Shown one piece after another: positions 7,203 through 16,547 of a stretch of DNA of 33,080 nt (the first letter of the stretch is position 1; the number at the start of each line of letters is the position of its first letter). Under the pieces are notes generated by a model that was not told the origin of the DNA, did not search any database, and worked only from the letters and a program-made list of their open reading frames with translations. The DNA is from a virus (Duplodnaviria; Caudoviricetes). The translations under genes and the position numbers were made by a program. The stretch is from positions 1 to 33,080 of the IMG/VR virus record IMGVR_UViG_3300034416_000063; one strand, written 5' to 3'.

Positions 7203-9419
7203 CTAAATGAGATATGTGACGCCTATATTCAGCACCGTTCCGCCATTTCTGGTTGCCGAGATATAAACCCCGCCCGACTGATCAATGTAACCTGTCATGA
7301 TATCGCCCCCGGATGCATTGGTAAATCCCACGATGATAGCCGGCCATAGCGTCGAGTCCAGGATGGTGCAAATCAGGTCATTGGTGATATTGCCGACGCC
7401 TAGCGCCACGTCTCTTGTAACGTTTATGTAGAAACTGACCATGGGCCCGAACCGATCAATTCTAAGGGTGGACACCGTCCAGTTCGCATCAATGGTTATG
7501 TAGTCGTCGATGACGGAAAGGGTGCTGCTGTTTACCACGTTTGTGGCCGAGTAGTTGGTTCTCAGCTTGAAAAAAGCAAACAGGGAATCTATGGTCAATT
7601 TCTTTGGGACCGTAAGCTCAGATTCGTCTGAAACAAGCAGCGTATCGGTGCCGACAAGAGTTGAGCTTGTAAGGGATCCAAAGCCGCCGATCAAAGTCCC
7701 CGCGTTTGCTACATCGATCTGTTCAACCCAGGCACCCCAGGAACCGTTGTTGCAGTTTCTTACAAACACTCTGTTCTGGTGGGTCGTCCCATACCCATAG
7801 GCAATTTGCTTGGCGTATTTGTTTGGTGAAATCGCGTAGAATATTGTGTTGACGTACCAGTAGATTCCGCTTCCCACTATGGGATAGTTGGCGCTTCCGT
7901 TTCCGCCCAGGTGCCATTCATCGGTAATGGTGTTGCAGTCTCCGGTTGCGGTGTTGTAGTAGGTAACGAGCCGGTTTTTGACAACGATTCCGTTGTTGGC
8001 CTGCACTGGCAAAGCGCTCTCCATCAGATTTGGTGTTTCCGCGACCTTTCCGATTGCCATGCCGGTACCTCCAGCCAGAAAATCCATAAGGACAGCTGCT
8101 GTTGTCACCGTTGCAGTTTTGGTTGTGGTTCCAACCTTGTCTGTTACGGTCGCCTTGACCTGCCAGGTATAGGAGGACGAAGCGGCCCGTATGTAGGAGT
8201 TGTCTACGATGTAGGTGGTGAGCCCTGAAACATCAATCGTCGTCCACGTCGGATCGCTGGTTTTTTTGTATTGCAGCGAGTAGACTTTGCTGTTGTCATT
8301 GTTGACGCTTGGAATGGAGGCCTGGATGCGCGCCTTTAAGTACTCCCCGTTAGGATTGGGGATCCCTGCCGCGTCGCAACGTTCTCCTGTTACCGTAAGG
8401 GTTGGTGCCGTATAAGCGTAGACCGTTATAGCCTGTGAGTAGGCTGCAGACCATCTGCCCCTGCTGTCCTTTACCTTAAAGACAACATATATCGTTCCGC
8501 TAATGGCAAGCAGCCCGGATATGAAGGTGGCGCCCACATAGGGCGTTCCAAGAGCTCCCAGGTCGTTAGTCACATACCAGTCATATTCCGAGATTGTGGC
8601 GCCGTACTGGTTTGTTATGCTGGCGCCGGTTCCCTGCACTTTGCTTATCCCCTGGGCGAAGATCCCGGCAGAAAAGACGTCTGCTACCTTGCTTATGGTG
8701 ATGCTGTTTACCACCGGTACGACCGTGGATGGCACGGTGATTGTAAACGGAGCGTCCACATATCCAAGACTTGTGGATCCAGAAAAGGTTTCCACCCTGC
8801 AGTTCGCCACCGCCTGAATATCGGTCGTGATCTGGTTTAACCAGGAAAGCGGGATAGTAAAGGCCTGGGACGTCGCAACTCCTGTATACTGCTGGCTCGC
8901 CGTACCCAAAGAGAACGTGACCTTATGGGTGAAGGACGAATCCGCCCTTGCGATACCCACCGTGACTGCGTTTGTTCCGTTGCAAGAGACCGGGGAAGTG
9001 ATTGAACTTACCGTGGACTTTCTAGCGATTGTAGGAAGCACCACCGACTGTGTCTGGTTATAGACGCCGGCTCCGACATTGGTGTCGCAATATCCTTGGA
9101 CTGAGATGGTCTTTTTCCCATCGGTTCCGTGATAGACCACGACATTAAGCGCCTGCATGACGTTGTACCAGGTGCCGATCACATAAGACCTGAAGTCTAT
9201 GGAGTCCCCCGTCACCTTGGATGTGCCGTCTAGCTTTATGTACTCCACCGCCCCGCCATTATTATAGGAGGAGGACGACACGTCTTTTCGGACCTGAAAG
9301 ATGAGGTTCACCACAGAATAGTTTCCGGCGACGTTTTGAGACTCTACCTCAACTCCGATACGACCGCTATGCCAGCCTCCGGAAAACTCCGCCGTTTTAT
9401 AATACGTATAAGCCATCAT
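7203..9419 (-). CDS. Tail fibre / receptor-binding protein (DUF859-like N-terminus, knob-like region)
   Basis: SQNVAGNYSVV, LPTIARKS, RCDAAG..NPNGEY, GMAIGKVAE, VRNCNNGSWGAW; last tail gene before lysis. Confidence 0.8.
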   Translation of the reverse strand: MMAYTYYKTAEFSGGWHSGRIGVEVESQNVAGNYSVVNLIFQVRKDVSSSSYNNGGAVEYIKLDGTSKVTGDSIDFRSYVIGTWYNVMQALNVVVYHGTDGKKTISVQGYCDTNVGAGVYNQTQSVVLPTIARKSTVSSITSPVSCNGTNAVTVGIARADSSFTHKVTFSLGTASQQYTGVATSQAFTIPLSWLNQITTDIQAVANCRVETFSGSTSLGYVDAPFTITVPSTVVPVVNSITISKVADVFSAGIFAQGISKVQGTGASITNQYGATISEYDWYVTNDLGALGTPYVGATFISGLLAISGTIYVVFKVKDSRGRWSAAYSQAITVYAYTAPTLTVTGERCDAAGIPNPNGEYLKARIQASIPSVNNDNSKVYSLQYKKTSDPTWTTIDVSGLTTYIVDNSYIRAASSSYTWQVKATVTDKVGTTTKTATVTTAAVLMDFLAGGTGMAIGKVAETPNLMESALPVQANNGIVVKNRLVTYYNTATGDCNTITDEWHLGGNGSANYPIVGSGIYWYVNTIFYAISPNKYAKQIAYGYGTTHQNRVFVRNCNNGSWGAWVEQIDVANAGTLIGGFGSLTSSTLVGTDTLLVSDESELTVPKKLTIDSLFAFFKLRTNYSATNVVNSSTLSVIDDYITIDANWTVSTLRIDRFGPMVSFYINVTRDVALGVGNITNDLICTILDSTLWPAIIVGFTNASGGDIMTGYIDQSGGVYISATRNGGTVLNIGVTYLI

Positions 9420-10847
9420 TTACCCCCGATACATAAGCGACATGTTGCCGTTGTCCCGTTTCGCCCAGACGAAGTTGCCGAACTTAAGCTCCTGGACGAT
9501 CTCGCCGTTTTCTATATATAGCTTCGAATCCCCGGGGTTACCTGTCGCGTTTGAGATATAGGCGACCCTAGTCTCCATGCCGTTTAGGGATTCCCAAAAG
9601 GAAAGCTCCGTGTTTGAAAGGCGCATCTTTAGATCCGAATCGGTTTCGCCGACCTCTATGACCCCGTTTTCGTACCGGATATACCGCTCCCTTCCCGTTA
9701 CTTCCTGGTTCAACCCGTTTTCGGTTCCTGTGATGGCTGCGATGAGGTCGTTGATGGTGAATGTGACGTCTTTTCTATCCTTCTTGGTCTTGTCCGTCAT
9801 GGTCAGGACCTTTTCTCCCAGGGTTATTTTTGTGTTCGCCGGGTTTGTGATGTCTATTTCCATCTTAGAAAGGAGGTAATCCTCGGATATGGCGTGGTAG
9901 GGCGAGTTGACGGTGATGTATTCGCAAAAGCCAAAGGAGTCTATGTCAGGGCTTGTAAGAGCCAAATCCACCGCAGTTATTTGTAGCGTTCCCGCCATCT
10001 TCACCTTGCCGTCCAAATAGGCCTGTCCTTTTGCTAAAAGCGCCGAAGGAGTCGATATGTCATCCCAGGTGGTTTCGTTTATGGGCGCGAACCTAATGCC
10101 CAGCTCGTTTACCTTGTCCGCATCGAAGATATAGTCAACGCCTATAAGGCTTTTAACATCGAGCCTCTCCTCCAGCGTGTTTCCTTCCGAATCGATGAGC
10201 TTCCCCCCAAGAGGAATACAGGCGGTGTAGGTGTTTTGCGCCGATACATCCTGAGAGAGATCCAGCATATTTTTGCCAAGGGTGATGGTCTGGCTGGCAG
10301 CCGTCTCAAAATCCGAAAGCCAGTCGATGTAGTCCCCGTCGCTCTCGTACCGGATCCGAAGATACCCACCGAAGGAAGTTATCAGCTCCTGGATCTTGGA
10401 ATAGGTCGATTCATAGGCTTGCGCCTTCAGATAGGCATCCCCTGTGACGGTTACAGTCCCTGCCATGAGCTTTTGAACGTCCGTGACCTGGGCGTTATGG
10501 GAGCTGATGATTGCGGAAAACACCTGGGCGGCGGTGCCGTCAAAGACTGCCGGCCTGATCAGGGTATCCTCAAAAACCTTCAGCTTTCCCTCGCAGTAGA
10601 CCTCCGCCAGATTTCCAATATCAAGGGCGGTGTCCACGATTCTTCCCTTCCAATAAGGGACTCCGTTTTTGAGCACCTTTATGACCGGCTTTAGTTTTGT
10701 CAACGTCCCGATATTGGGATGGTCCGGAAGCGCGGTGAACTTGAGACTTCCCGGGGTGTTCACTTCCATGGAAAGCACCACATCAAGGAGCCTGTAATCG
10801 TCCATCTCGCTATGGAGCAGATAGTCGTCGCAAAATATGGTGTACAT
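9420..10847 (-). CDS. Tail spike / Tal-like minor structural protein (prophage endopeptidase family)
   Basis: Follows Dit with TGATG overlap; GSLKFT, GKNMLDL, TACIPLG motifs. Confidence 0.8.
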   Translation of the reverse strand: MYTIFCDDYLLHSEMDDYRLLDVVLSMEVNTPGSLKFTALPDHPNIGTLTKLKPVIKVLKNGVPYWKGRIVDTALDIGNLAEVYCEGKLKVFEDTLIRPAVFDGTAAQVFSAIISSHNAQVTDVQKLMAGTVTVTGDAYLKAQAYESTYSKIQELITSFGGYLRIRYESDGDYIDWLSDFETAASQTITLGKNMLDLSQDVSAQNTYTACIPLGGKLIDSEGNTLEERLDVKSLIGVDYIFDADKVNELGIRFAPINETTWDDISTPSALLAKGQAYLDGKVKMAGTLQITAVDLALTSPDIDSFGFCEYITVNSPYHAISEDYLLSKMEIDITNPANTKITLGEKVLTMTDKTKKDRKDVTFTINDLIAAITGTENGLNQEVTGRERYIRYENGVIEVGETDSDLKMRLSNTELSFWESLNGMETRVAYISNATGNPGDSKLYIENGEIVQELKFGNFVWAKRDNGNMSLMYRG

Positions 10848-11479
10848 CAAAGGGCCCCTTCCTGCCAATCAAAGGTAATGGTTCCTGTACCGGTAAGCGT
10901 CAGCTCGTTGGCCCCGGCATAAAGCGGTATTGTAGTAGCAAAGTCCGTGACGACGCCGTAGGAATAGGTCGCACCATCCTTTGTGATGTCAAAAGGCGCA
11001 GTGGTTGTGATTTTTGGATAGGCGGTCTTTCGAAGGTTGTTTAGGGTCACCGACTTAGATGTGCTCACTGCTTCTATCTGCCTTGTCACTTCGTTTTTGT
11101 ATTTATATGCGTCGCAGATCGCTTCCACCCCGATCTCGCCGATAGCACCCAGCTTCTGATAGCTCACGCTCGCCCTGCCCAGGTAATAATAGAGGGGGTC
11201 CTTGTCGAACTGAATTTTCACCTTGCTTCCATGGATCATGTTGGCTACGGTGGTCGATAAAATCTCGAGCTCGGCGGTCGTCATGACTCCTTGCAGGCTC
11301 ATTTTGACCCGCCTTGCGCTGTAGCGTATTTCCCCTGAAGCCTCGGAGAGATCCAAAGCGCCGTCGCCGAAAGGAATGTCCACATAGATGGTCTTTGGGG
11401 CCGGCTTTTCAATGCTGAAAGACGATAGATAAAGGCCAAGGCTGGATATGGGAAAGCCGTCGAAACTTACAGTGTCCAT
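10847..11479 (-). CDS. Distal tail protein (Dit)
   Basis: VDIPFGDGALDLSEA, DPLYYYLGR, GANELTLTGTG; directly after the tape measure gene. Confidence 0.8.
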   Translation of the reverse strand: MDTVSFDGFPISSLGLYLSSFSIEKPAPKTIYVDIPFGDGALDLSEASGEIRYSARRVKMSLQGVMTTAELEILSTTVANMIHGSKVKIQFDKDPLYYYLGRASVSYQKLGAIGEIGVEAICDAYKYKNEVTRQIEAVSTSKSVTLNNLRKTAYPKITTTAPFDITKDGATYSYGVVTDFATTIPLYAGANELTLTGTGTITFDWQEGAL

Positions 11480-13762
11480 CTATTTTCTCCTTTCAAGCCT
11501 AGCAAACTCTTCATTAAGGTCCGGTGCCAATGCGCCCACAAGCTGCCTTTTATATAGCACCGCACCGGTTCCCGTTCTTTTTAATATCTGTTTTAGAAGC
11601 TCTATTATTTCCTCGGAGCCGTCATGTGGCAAAGTCCTGCCCCTGCCACTGTTTGCGTACGGGTTTTCGCTTCTTGGTACGATCATCTCCCCTTTATGGG
11701 CGTAGATCAGCATGTCGGCTGGCAAATATCTTGTGCCCACTTCCATCCTTGGAATATCAAGCTCCTTTAGCTTTGGAATCTCCACCCCAGGGATCTTGTT
11801 GATGAGAGAAATCGCGAAGTTGATGCTTCTTATGAAGCCGTTGATGGTCCGCTCCGCAAAGCCGATGATGGCGTTTACCACCGCTTTGAACGCCCCGCCT
11901 ATGCCCTCACCTATGGCTGTGCCGATCTTTTTAAAGATAGAGGTGATGGTGTTCCACACGCCGGTAAAAAAAGAGCCGACAGCGGAAAACACGCTTTTGA
12001 TCTTCTTCCAGGCGCCCTCGAATATGTCTCCGAACCACTTGGCCACCGGCTCAAAAACCTTCTCGACCTTCTTCCATGCTTCGGTTAAGACCTTGGTAAC
12101 TTCCTTCCAGTGGGTGGCAATTAGCACCACCGCAGCTATAAGCGCGCCGATTAATACAATCACAATGCCAATCGGATTGGCAGTAAGAGCGGCGTTGAAA
12201 AGCCACTGTGCCGCTGTGGCAACACCTGTGGCGGCGGCAGCCACACCATGGGCGACCGCGCCTGCAGCAAGGGCGATGTTATGCCCGATCAGGGCTCCGG
12301 AAGCAAGAAGGGTCGCAGCAGCCTTCCCACCGGTTGCGGCGGATAGTGCCGTTGTCGCCGCCGTAAGACCACCGTTTGCCAGGGCGCTTGCAATGAGGAC
12401 CACGTTTTGCGCTTCCTGTACTGCGGTTGAGATAAGGGTCGCAGCCTTCCAGGTGAAAAGGACTCCCACTAGGCCAAGGGCCACATTTTTGATTGTTCCA
12501 ATATGGTCATATAAGAACGCCAAAACCGGTATGACGTAGGTGCTTATTACTTTAGAGATCCCGTCAAATGCCTTGGTGACTTTTTCTTGGATTTCTGGCA
12601 TATTCCCCGACACCCACTCCATGAACTTTGAAAGGTACGGCATCAGGCTGGCGACCAAAGTTTCAGAAACCGCGCCGAATGCGTTTTTTAAGATTTCAAG
12701 TTTTCCGGAAAGGGTCTGCCCAGCAGCAACCGCAGATCCGCCGAACTCTTTGTTTAGTTCCGCTAGAATCACCTTCTGCGCGCCGGCAACATCCCCCGCT
12801 TCCGCCATCGCTTTCACCTGGGCCTTTTGCTCCTCCGTGAAAACAACGCCCACCTTGGTGAGCTTTGAGATTCCAGCCACTGGATCATTTAGGGCTTTTC
12901 CAAGCTGCATGGCCTGCGAGGACACATCCGTGCCAAGGGCCTGCGCCATATCCGTCGCGGCTTTGATGGCGCCTGGGAAGGTTTCTTTTCCGATTCCCGT
13001 AAAGGTTAGAAGGATCGCTTCCCCCGCCTGGACGCTTTCAGAAGAGAACTTGGTCATTTTTTCCATGCTGTCGCCTAGGGCGATCAGTTCTTCTTTGGTC
13101 ATGCCTGCGGCGCTTCCTGTAGAAACAAGCACTGCTTCAAGCTGGGCCGCCGCATTTTCTGCTTCCATGGTTCCCGTAACCCCTGATGTGATGACTGCGG
13201 TAAACCCGGATGCGATCGCTGCCCCTGCCGCCTTTGCCGCGTTTTTAAGGCCGTCGAAAGCACGGTTCATCTTATTGTTTATGGTGCCGCTTAGCTCATC
13301 GAAGCTCGTGTTTGCCTTTTTAATCGCTTCGCTGTTTGCGCCAAATTGCCTCTCCATCTTGTTAAGGTCTGCGGTTGCACCGTTGAGCTCGGTTTTGAGT
13401 CTGCTCACAGCCGTGTTTTGGAGGTCATATTCCCTTTGCGCTTTTTTGACTTCATCGGAGCCTTCCCCAAAGGCGCGCTTCGTTTCATCCAACTTGGATT
13501 TAAGGCCCATTAGGGCAGCGTTTTGCTTGTCATATTCTCCGCTAAGAAGGGATACTTTTCCCTTTTGCGCATCGATCTCTTTTCCAAGGACTTTGTTGGT
13601 TGCTGTAAGGGCGGCTGCAGACTTGTCGTTTTTGTCGAACTGACTCGCCGCCAGTTTCATTTCCGAGCCCAAAACCTTGAACTCGTCCTTGATGCTCTGA
13701 AGCGACCTTTTAAATTCAGCCTCACCGGTGATGCCCACCGATGCGCCTATGTCATAGCCCAT
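11480..13762 (-). CDS. Tape measure protein
   Basis: Ala/Gly-rich with coiled-coil N-terminus, LGKALNDP, ANPIGIVI and W/F periodic repeats. Confidence 0.92.
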   Translation of the reverse strand: MGYDIGASVGITGEAEFKRSLQSIKDEFKVLGSEMKLAASQFDKNDKSAAALTATNKVLGKEIDAQKGKVSLLSGEYDKQNAALMGLKSKLDETKRAFGEGSDEVKKAQREYDLQNTAVSRLKTELNGATADLNKMERQFGANSEAIKKANTSFDELSGTINNKMNRAFDGLKNAAKAAGAAIASGFTAVITSGVTGTMEAENAAAQLEAVLVSTGSAAGMTKEELIALGDSMEKMTKFSSESVQAGEAILLTFTGIGKETFPGAIKAATDMAQALGTDVSSQAMQLGKALNDPVAGISKLTKVGVVFTEEQKAQVKAMAEAGDVAGAQKVILAELNKEFGGSAVAAGQTLSGKLEILKNAFGAVSETLVASLMPYLSKFMEWVSGNMPEIQEKVTKAFDGISKVISTYVIPVLAFLYDHIGTIKNVALGLVGVLFTWKAATLISTAVQEAQNVVLIASALANGGLTAATTALSAATGGKAAATLLASGALIGHNIALAAGAVAHGVAAAATGVATAAQWLFNAALTANPIGIVIVLIGALIAAVVLIATHWKEVTKVLTEAWKKVEKVFEPVAKWFGDIFEGAWKKIKSVFSAVGSFFTGVWNTITSIFKKIGTAIGEGIGGAFKAVVNAIIGFAERTINGFIRSINFAISLINKIPGVEIPKLKELDIPRMEVGTRYLPADMLIYAHKGEMIVPRSENPYANSGRGRTLPHDGSEEIIELLKQILKRTGTGAVLYKRQLVGALAPDLNEEFARLERRK

Positions 13763-13773
13763 GTGATTCCTCC

Positions 13774-13971
13774 TTACAGCCCGGCCTTCTCCAAGGCCTC
13801 CGCCTCATCTTGCCTATCCTTTTCCTCCTGGTAGCGCATAAGGTCCGCGTACCAGTTCATGTCGATTTCCTCGATCTCGGAAAGCTTCCACCCTTCCTTA
13901 AGATGGGAAAGGTAAAACTCCCTGATCCATTCCGGCAGTGGTAGGGTCGCACTGCCGCCTACCCGTTTTTT
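13774..13971 (-). CDS. Tail assembly chaperone -1 frameshift extension (gpT-like), not in the ORF track
   Basis: A AAA AAC slippery site at 13965-13971; the -1 frame reads RVGGSATLPLPEWIREFYLSHLKEGWKLSEIEEIDMNWYADLMRYQEEKDRQDEAEALEKAGL to TAA 13774. Confidence 0.8.
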   Translation of the reverse strand, partial: KKRVGGSATLPLPEWIREFYLSHLKEGWKLSEIEEIDMNWYADLMRYQEEKDRQDEAEALEKAGL

Positions 13972-14240
13972 GATTCCAGCTTATCGGCGACTCCGCTCAC
14001 CACATTTGTAATGCACCCTGTAAGCGCCGGCATGAGATCCGCCGAGTTCAGTCCGTCGTAGACATCGTCCAAGGTGAACTGGTTCCCATACGCTTCCACC
14101 AGAAAGCCGACCATATCGTCCAGGTCCTTCGCCTTGATATGCTCTAAATCGATGGCATCCGTCATGGCGATTGCTTTTCGAAACATCCGAGCCTTGACTT
14201 CCCCCATCGTATATTCCTTGCCATTCATTTGAAGTGACAT
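13959..14240 (-). CDS. Tail assembly chaperone (gpG-like)
   Basis: Between major tail and tape measure genes; YGNQFTLDDVYDGL; ends at the slippery site. Confidence 0.85.
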   Translation of the reverse strand: MSLQMNGKEYTMGEVKARMFRKAIAMTDAIDLEHIKAKDLDDMVGFLVEAYGNQFTLDDVYDGLNSADLMPALTGCITNVVSGVADKLESKNG

Positions 14241-14254
14241 GAATCTTTCCTCCT

Positions 14255-14295
14255 AAAAAATACGCAAGGGATGAAATAAATCACCCCTCACGCTA
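14255..14295 (-). terminator. Terminator/attenuator after the major tail gene
   Basis: GCGTGAGGGGTGA-loop-TCATCCCTTGCGT then ATTTTTT; the G-U pairs only work on the minus strand. Confidence 0.7.
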
Positions 14296-14301
14296 CTAGA
14301 T

Positions 14302-15177
14302 TTAAACGGTAAAGCTTATGACTTTGGCGGCAGCAAGCGGCACCCCTGAGGCACTTCTCACATCCTTGGTGCAGATCGCCACATAGGTTCCCGCGCTCAT
14401 GCTGGCGTTTGGATCCATGGTGACAACCGTGTTTCCGGTGCCAAGGGACAGGGCGCATGCCACAGGCACGTTGGCCTTCATAAGCATGAAGTTGCCGTCG
14501 GTCACATCCCTGGGGTTTATGGCCTTGCTGAAAGTGAACACGATGTTTGCTGCAGCGGCCACGCCGGTAGCGGCGTCAAGGGGCGAAGTTGCGACAGTCG
14601 GTGCCACAGCGTCAAAAGGCGTCGAGGTCGGAACGGTGTCCAGGTAGGTCGCCAGGGCAGATCCCTTGGTGTCCTCGTCTGCGACTTTCTTCCAGTCCCC
14701 GTTCTTGTTGGCGACTGCGGTCCCGGAGATTTTAGGTGTGATGAACTGCGGCTTGTCCTCCTGGGTCTTTCCTTCCTCCGAAATCTCGGAGAACTTGACC
14801 TTATAGAGCCACACATACCGGTTCTTGCCGTTTGTCTTGACCCTCTGATATCCGATCGCCACATAGGGCGCCTTGTCACCGGCGTTGTAGTTTAATACCC
14901 CTGTTCCCGCATCCAGGGTATGGCCGAGCCAGTCCGCCTGAACCTCAAGGGGCACATCCTGCGCTTCAAATTCCACGCCGATATCCCCAAGCACACTCGC
15001 CGATTCAACGACAACATTGTCCGCATAGAGCTTTCCCATCTCCGACTTGGCGTCGCTTTTAAACGAGATCAGAGGCGGGCCGGCCTTGACGGATCCATAG
15101 CTTTCGGTATCTTCATCCGTCATGATGGCGTAGACAAGTTTCTTGATTCCTGCGGTGGAACTGTTTACTTGCGTCAT
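14302..15177 (-). CDS. Major tail protein (phi13-like) with C-terminal Ig-like domain
   Basis: LYADN, APYVAIGY, RYVWLYKVKF; C-terminal APTVATSPLDAATGV...IVFTFSKAI Ig-like domain. Confidence 0.9.
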   Translation of the reverse strand: MTQVNSSTAGIKKLVYAIMTDEDTESYGSVKAGPPLISFKSDAKSEMGKLYADNVVVESASVLGDIGVEFEAQDVPLEVQADWLGHTLDAGTGVLNYNAGDKAPYVAIGYQRVKTNGKNRYVWLYKVKFSEISEEGKTQEDKPQFITPKISGTAVANKNGDWKKVADEDTKGSALATYLDTVPTSTPFDAVAPTVATSPLDAATGVAAAANIVFTFSKAINPRDVTDGNFMLMKANVPVACALSLGTGNTVVTMDPNASMSAGTYVAICTKDVRSASGVPLAAAKVISFTV

Positions 15178-15188
15178 TTCTTATCCTC

Positions 15189-15623
15189 CTATAACTTTTC
15201 GATTGATTCTTTTATTATTTGATTCATTTTTCTTATGACTTCCGCCTTGGTGGAACGGATCGCCGGCCTCACAAAGGGTCTTTTTCTTTGCCTTGAGGAC
15301 CCGCTTTCAAGGACCCTTGCCTTTAGCTGGTTGGGGGTGCCTTTGGGATAGCTTTTGCTCGCCTTCCCGCTGTACCCGTCAAACCCCACATGGGCGTTCC
15401 AGTTGCCATCCTTGTCCTTACCGATGGGAGTGACGCCGAAAGACTCTAGCATCTCTCCTGTCGCTTCCTTTGAAAGGACTCCCGTTAAATTGGACTTGAT
15501 TTGGTCCGCCACGATTTCCGCTCCGGCGAAGATGGCTTTTGCCGCAATCTCTTCCGATTTGGCCTCAAGTTTAGAAAGCAGGATGGCGAAATCCTCCCCT
15601 GCCATAACCGCCATTTTTGCCAT
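15189..15623 (-). CDS. HK97 gp10-like neck/tail-completion protein
   Basis: ARVLESGSSRQRKRPFVRPA; start ATG 15623 overlaps the upstream TAA. Confidence 0.82.
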   Translation of the reverse strand: MAKMAVMAGEDFAILLSKLEAKSEEIAAKAIFAGAEIVADQIKSNLTGVLSKEATGEMLESFGVTPIGKDKDGNWNAHVGFDGYSGKASKSYPKGTPNQLKARVLESGSSRQRKRPFVRPAIRSTKAEVIRKMNQIIKESIEKL

Positions 15624-15940
15624 TAGACCATCTCCCATATCCACTCGTAGTGGATGTACTTCGTGTCCTCCTCCCGCTGGGTGGAGTTTAGCCGGTAGCA
15701 TATGCCCAGGTTGTCAAGGGCCGCCTGTATCTGTCCGAAGGTCGGATCGTACTCGGTTTTGGTGAAGAAGTCGATGGTTCCTGTAATGACCTGGCATTTC
15801 ATCTTATTGTCAGCCCAGAACGTTTCTCCTGCGCCGTCCTCCGCCCATACGATATAGCTTCCGGTTTCTCCGGTCGCGTCAAAGTGATGGACCTTGTCCG
15901 TGACGGTTAAAAGTGCGGCTTTAAGTTCAGATAATGTCAT
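15623..15940 (-). CDS. Tail terminator / completion protein
   Basis: YIVWAEDG...WADN, IDFFTKTEYD, YIHYEW; position in the neck cluster. Confidence 0.75.
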   Translation of the reverse strand: MTLSELKAALLTVTDKVHHFDATGETGSYIVWAEDGAGETFWADNKMKCQVITGTIDFFTKTEYDPTFGQIQAALDNLGICYRLNSTQREEDTKYIHYEWIWEMV

Positions 15941-16259
15941 ACGCTTCACCCAGCCTTTCAAGGGAGAGATCTGTTATCTCAAGTCCATCCTCGTTTACGC
16001 CATGCTGCACCTGAATGATCTTGTACTGGATCTCATCGATGATGCAGATTTGTGAAGTGTCTATGGCTTTGTCCCGCCAGATCCGAATCACCATCTCCAG
16101 GTTCACATCGGTTTTAAGTGCCGCGTAAAATCTTGTGACGCCGACGGTTTTCTCCTCATACCAATAAGAGGAGCCGTATAAGAGCCCCTCCTTTGGCATG
16201 TCTCCCAAAGACGCGGTATTTGTGATACCGTAGATTTCCACTTGTCCGTCATCAAACAT
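15927..16259 (-). CDS. Head-closure / head-tail adaptor
   Basis: MFDDG, VGVTRFYAA, QYKIIQVQH; position. Confidence 0.75.
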   Translation of the reverse strand: MFDDGQVEIYGITNTASLGDMPKEGLLYGSSYWYEEKTVGVTRFYAALKTDVNLEMVIRIWRDKAIDTSQICIIDEIQYKIIQVQHGVNEDGLEITDLSLERLGEAYDII

Positions 16260-16533
16260 CCTCTACCACCGCCTTTTGGGAAAACAGCTTGCTATTCAAG
16301 CTGGACCGTAGCATCCTTGGCATCTTGTTGTCATCAGACGCCCTTTTTCGATACATCCATGCGGCGTACATGGTGACCAGGCCCTGGTCCTCATAGGAAT
16401 CGCCAAGGAGTATGCCTTCTCTTGCAATCCTCTCCTTGGCGACCTTTATGAGTTGCAGCAGGTAGTCCTCGTTTTTGCTATGCAGGATTTCTAGATCCTG
16501 TTTCAGCATGGAAAGTATTAGTTCATCCTGCAC
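16252..16533 (-). CDS. Head-tail connector (gp6/gp15-like)
   Basis: LKQDL..., MYAAWMYRKR, MPRML; follows the capsid gene. Confidence 0.78.
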   Translation of the reverse strand: MQDELILSMLKQDLEILHSKNEDYLLQLIKVAKERIAREGILLGDSYEDQGLVTMYAAWMYRKRASDDNKMPRMLRSSLNSKLFSQKAVVEDV

Positions 16534-16547
16534 GGCAATCCTCCTTC

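Noticed and set aside
7203-9419. Diversity-generating retroelement or invertible tail-fibre cassette
   Set aside because: No reverse transcriptase, invertase or duplicated variable repeat is visible in the window.
11712-13643. Long + strand ORFs (275 and 367 aa) and similar ORFs opposite the capsid, portal and methylase genes
   Set aside because: Antisense shadows of codon-biased real genes, with no RBS or domain signal.
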